Assembly: GCA_050331235.1 (NCBI GenBank)
Contig: JBHJHA010000089.1
Coordinates: 1-11,290, forward strand
Source: Leptolyngbyaceae cyanobacterium
GTDB taxonomy: Bacteria; Cyanobacteriota; Cyanobacteriia; Phormidesmidales; Phormidesmidaceae
Direction: 5' to 3'
Length of the DNA: 11,290 bases
The translations under genes and the position numbers were made by a program. Shown here in pieces: positions 8,758 through 11,290 of this stretch (within the stretch, counting starts at the first letter, position 1; every line of letters begins with the position of its first letter). The notes below the pieces were generated by a model that had not been told where the DNA came from, searched no databases, and saw nothing but the letters and a program-made list of their open reading frames with translations.

Positions 8758-9816
8758 TTAGGGACACTCATTCGGAGTGCTACAGTCGCTACTGACTCTA
8801 GCTTCTACAACTGCCTGGACGTCGCTAGAAAGCACAGACAGAAAATCATAACCAGTAGCAACCTCAATACGATCAACCGTAGTTTGGTAATCGCGCCAAT
8901 CATCACCCAATCCATCCCGGTTGGGCATATCTACCGCCACAACCATAGTCCTGCTATCGATCTCATCGATAGTTTGCTCCGGTTCGAGAAAAACAATGAT
9001 TTTCCAAAGGCGTGATGGAACCGTTACTTGACCCTCAGCAATTTGGGTCTGCTTACCATATCCACCTGCCAAAATAAATAAGGTGTAGTCAAAGCGCTCC
9101 ACCCAATCACGACTATATTCCTCAAGTTCACGCCAGACCCCTCGATTATTCTCAGGGGCCTGCGGCCATACATTGGTCATCAAAAAGGTCGCGGAGTTGT
9201 CTTGTATGCTGCGAGTGCGATCAGCTGATGGCACAATATGGCCCCGGTCAAAGCCAGTATTAACGTAGTCACTGGGAGTAACCTGATAGGAACCGCTAGG
9301 CAAAACACCATCTTGTCGAAAATTGTTTTGACGCTCGGTATTTCCCAACCAGTCGGCAGTGAGCTGCCAAGCTACCCAATTAGCAGTGCCGCGATCGGCG
9401 TGGTAGGACAAGGCATATTGCCCCCTGACTAATAAGTGATTATTTCGAGTCCCCGTCGCTGCATTCGAAGGATTACCCAACGATAAGTGAATGCTTTCGG
9501 TAGGGCGTGAGTCTGTCTCCTGTAAACCTTCAGTAGATTCCGCTGTGGCTTCTAGCGGCAGCGTTTCGCAGGCGTATCCATTTTGATCTTTGTCTAAAAC
9601 AAATGGGTCCGTGGGAAACGCATTGAGAACTACTTGTGCTGAAGCCTGTGAATTAAAGTCGTTGCAGTTGCAGTCATCGTCAACACAGGGCGGCAGTTCT
9701 TCAAAGTTGCTCAAATTAGCAGAAAGAATGTTCCCTTTTTTGGGTAGCTGACCACAGCCAACACCTAAAAAAATACCAATGCTACCAGCACACAATGCCA
9801 ACTTCTCTAAGCTCAT
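8758..9816 (-). CDS. Predicted lipoprotein: Excalibur-like Ca-binding module fused to a DNA/RNA non-specific (NucA/Serratia-type) endonuclease
   Basis: Lipobox-like 'IFLGVG-C21'. Module 'CNCNDF...AQ...DPFVLDKDQNGYACE'. Nuclease motifs 'LGNPSNA', 'QYALSY', 'ANWVAWQL', 'GFDRGHIVPSADR' (DRGH at 9238-9249), 'TFLMTNVWPQ', 'NNRGVWRELE', 'VPSRLWKIIV', 'IEVATGYDFLS'. Confidence 0.92.
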   Translation of the reverse strand: MSLEKLALCAGSIGIFLGVGCGQLPKKGNILSANLSNFEELPPCVDDDCNCNDFNSQASAQVVLNAFPTDPFVLDKDQNGYACETLPLEATAESTEGLQETDSRPTESIHLSLGNPSNAATGTRNNHLLVRGQYALSYHADRGTANWVAWQLTADWLGNTERQNNFRQDGVLPSGSYQVTPSDYVNTGFDRGHIVPSADRTRSIQDNSATFLMTNVWPQAPENNRGVWRELEEYSRDWVERFDYTLFILAGGYGKQTQIAEGQVTVPSRLWKIIVFLEPEQTIDEIDSRTMVVAVDMPNRDGLGDDWRDYQTTVDRIEVATGYDFLSVLSSDVQAVVEARVSSDCSTPNECP

Positions 9817-10100
9817 ATCACCGCTGATATCAATTCCATAGTTACGACAGTGCAGACTCTAACCGTTCAGTAGAGCGGACCGTGAGGTAATAGTCCCAAG
9901 TATGACCTTTGATGGATATTGCTTACCAGCATTGCATCCTCGACCAGATGCATTTAACAATGGCCATTAGAGGGGAATACATCCTATATTGCTTAATGGA
10001 GTGTCAGTATTTAACTTGGCCCCTTAGCAGGTAGGAATTTTCGATTCTCCGCCGAAGTTCAATGCTACACGCTTTGACAACAAACACAACTCAAGGCACC

Positions 10101-10559
10101 ATGCTGAAGCAAATTATCTCCAAATTCCAAACATACTTCCCGGCTCCTGTGGTCAGTGCCCATTGCGATGGCCCCTGTGGTGTTTACGATCCCTCTTCCG
10201 CAAGAATTGCGGCCGAAGCCGTAGTCAATATGACCAAGAAACTACTTGACTTAGAGGCTAAGCCGGGTGACCCCGCTTACGAAAACACATTTGCTCGTTA
10301 CGTCGCCATCAAAGAGGAGCAAGCACAGATCACTAAAGATGAGTTGCTGATCCTTTGGACTGATTATTTCAAGCCCCAGCATCTCGAGCAGTACCCTGAC
10401 TTGCATGATACCTTTTGGAAGGCTGCGAAACTTTGCTCAGCGTGTAAAGTAGAGGTCAGCTCACAGCATGCCCAAGAGCTGATGGATGCGATCGAAAAAA
10501 TCCACACAATGTTTTGGGCAACCAAAAATCGTGATGTCAGTTGGTATACGGCTAGCTAG
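10101..10559 (+). CDS. sodN: Nickel-containing superoxide dismutase precursor
   Basis: Ni-hook 'AHCDGPCGVYDP' (His codon at 10161) follows a 20-aa pro-sequence. Also 'KEEQA', 'LWTDYFKP', 'KLCSACK', 'FWATK'. ATG at 10101 is preceded by AAGG; the ORF-track ATG at 10062 is less likely. Confidence 0.97.
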   Translation: MLKQIISKFQTYFPAPVVSAHCDGPCGVYDPSSARIAAEAVVNMTKKLLDLEAKPGDPAYENTFARYVAIKEEQAQITKDELLILWTDYFKPQHLEQYPDLHDTFWKAAKLCSACKVEVSSQHAQELMDAIEKIHTMFWATKNRDVSWYTAS

Positions 10560-10586
10560 AGCCAAGTTGCCATATAGCTAAAGATC

Positions 10587-10622
10587 AAAGAGGGTGATTG
10601 CGTACTTGCAGTCACCTTTTTT
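10587..10622 (+). terminator. Intrinsic terminator downstream of sodN
   Basis: AGGGTGATTGC-gtactt-GCAGTCACCTT stem (11 bp with 2 G-U pairs) running into TTTTTT, about 30 nt after the sodN stop. Confidence 0.85.
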
Positions 10623-10683
10623 AGTTTGACCATGCTAATGCCAAAAGCTCATCTACTGGCTTGACCGATATTTCTCATGTGAC

Positions 10684-11040
10684 ATGACAGACGTTCACCT
10701 TCAACATGCGACTACGCGTGACTTACTCTGCTGGGTCTTCAGGCGATATCGCCGGTTTCGCGTGACCGGCGACTCAATGCTACCGACCCTGCCGCCAAAT
10801 AGTGAAGTTCTGATCAATCTCCAGTCTTATCTTAAGCACCTGCCTCATGCGGAGGATATTGTAGTTGCATATCATCCGCTACAACCGCAGCTACGTATCG
10901 TTAAGCGCGTCAAATCTGTAGATTCAGATGGCGCCTGCTTCTTATCTGGAGACAACGAACGTGACAGTCAAGACAGCAGACACTTTGGCTTGGTTCCTCT
11001 GGTAGCAATTATCGGCAAAGTGCACTGCCTACTCCCTTAA
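10684..11040 (+). CDS. sodX: Nickel-type SOD maturation protease (S26 signal-peptidase-like)
   Basis: 'RVTGDSMLPTL' (catalytic Ser), 'IVKRV' (catalytic Lys), 'GDN..DSQDSRHFG', 'IIGKV'. Lies immediately downstream of sodN. Confidence 0.93.
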   Translation: MTDVHLQHATTRDLLCWVFRRYRRFRVTGDSMLPTLPPNSEVLINLQSYLKHLPHAEDIVVAYHPLQPQLRIVKRVKSVDSDGACFLSGDNERDSQDSRHFGLVPLVAIIGKVHCLLP

Positions 11041-11062
11041 GCTCTCCTGAGAATGAGACTTA

Positions 11063-11101
11063 AATTGCTCTACGAGAAAACGTTCTTCTCGTAGAGCAAT
11101 T
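11063..11101. repeat. Perfect 16-bp inverted repeat (hairpin), possible terminator or 3' stabiliser for sodX
   Basis: AATTGCTCTACGAGAA (11063-11078), loop AACGTTC, TTCTCGTAGAGCAATT (11086-11101). Starts 22 nt after the sodX stop; no U-tract on either side. Confidence 0.85.
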
Positions 11102-11205
11102 GTGCTCCCTGCCCTAAATTCCTCTGCGACATCAATGCTAAAGCCAAAAACCCCCGTCATTTGAGTGTTCAGGTTGGGGGGATAATTTTCCAAGGGTAAA
11201 AGGTA

Positions 11206-11234
11206 TTGACACTGAGATGTGATGTAGCTATATT
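11206..11234 (+). promoter_or_regulatory. Strong sigma70 (SigA) promoter, probably an rRNA-operon or other stable-RNA promoter
   Basis: TTGACA (11206-11211), 17-nt spacer, TATATT (11229-11234). A/T tracts lie upstream and a GC-rich structured leader lies downstream. Confidence 0.85.
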
Positions 11235-11240
11235 GGTAAA

Positions 11241-11290
11241 GCGCTCGAGGGAGACAGCGCTGCGAAAGTAGCGAGGTCTTTTGAGAGAAG
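11241..11290 (+). other. Structured 5' leader of the transcript from the 11206-11234 promoter (rrn-leader-like; truncated by the window end)
   Basis: CGCTGC-GAAA-GTAGCG GNRA-capped hairpin (11258-11273) nested in a longer G-U-rich stem, CTCGAGGGAGAC...GTCTTTTGAG. No start codon follows the promoter within the window. Confidence 0.5.

Noticed and set aside
8713..9015. 100-aa + strand ORF
   Set aside because: Mostly antisense to the nuclease C-terminus; no motif.
9816..9824. TATCACCGC resembling a phage lambda operator half-site
   Set aside because: Short coincidental match with the wrong overall operator length and no phage genes nearby.
10062..10100. 13-aa extension of SodN from the upstream ATG
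   Set aside because: The ATG at 10101 has an AAGG SD-like sequence and gives a typical pro-peptide of about 20 aa before the Ni-hook.
1..11290. CRISPR array, transposase/integrase or anti-phage defence operon
   Set aside because: No regularly spaced repeats, recombinase motifs or defence-type domains. The only nuclease has an export signal.

Overview
Cyanobacterial chromosomal region, identified by 12 perfect HIP1 GCGATCGC octamers, the cyanobacterial Ni-hook HCDGPCGVYDP and the gene order. It is mostly housekeeping. A TolC-family outer-membrane factor (+, probably 5'-truncated) converges on the minus-strand run purC - omp85/bamA - lpxC - fabZ - lpxA - lpxB (purine synthesis, outer-membrane protein assembly, lipid A synthesis). 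The right quarter holds a predicted lipoprotein fusing an Excalibur-like Ca-binding module to a NucA-type DRGH sugar-non-specific nuclease, with no nuiA inhibitor gene beside it. It is divergent from nickel superoxide dismutase sodN and its maturation protease sodX, which are separated by an intrinsic terminator. After sodX come a perfect 16-bp inverted repeat and a near-consensus sigma70 promoter (TTGACA-17-TATATT) driving a structured leader that resembles the start of an rRNA operon. I found no clearly new multi-gene system, mobile element or CRISPR array. The best leads are the Excalibur-nuclease lipoprotein, the HIP1-free nuclease/sodN/sodX block, a possible multi-branch RNA upstream of purC and several regulatory elements.
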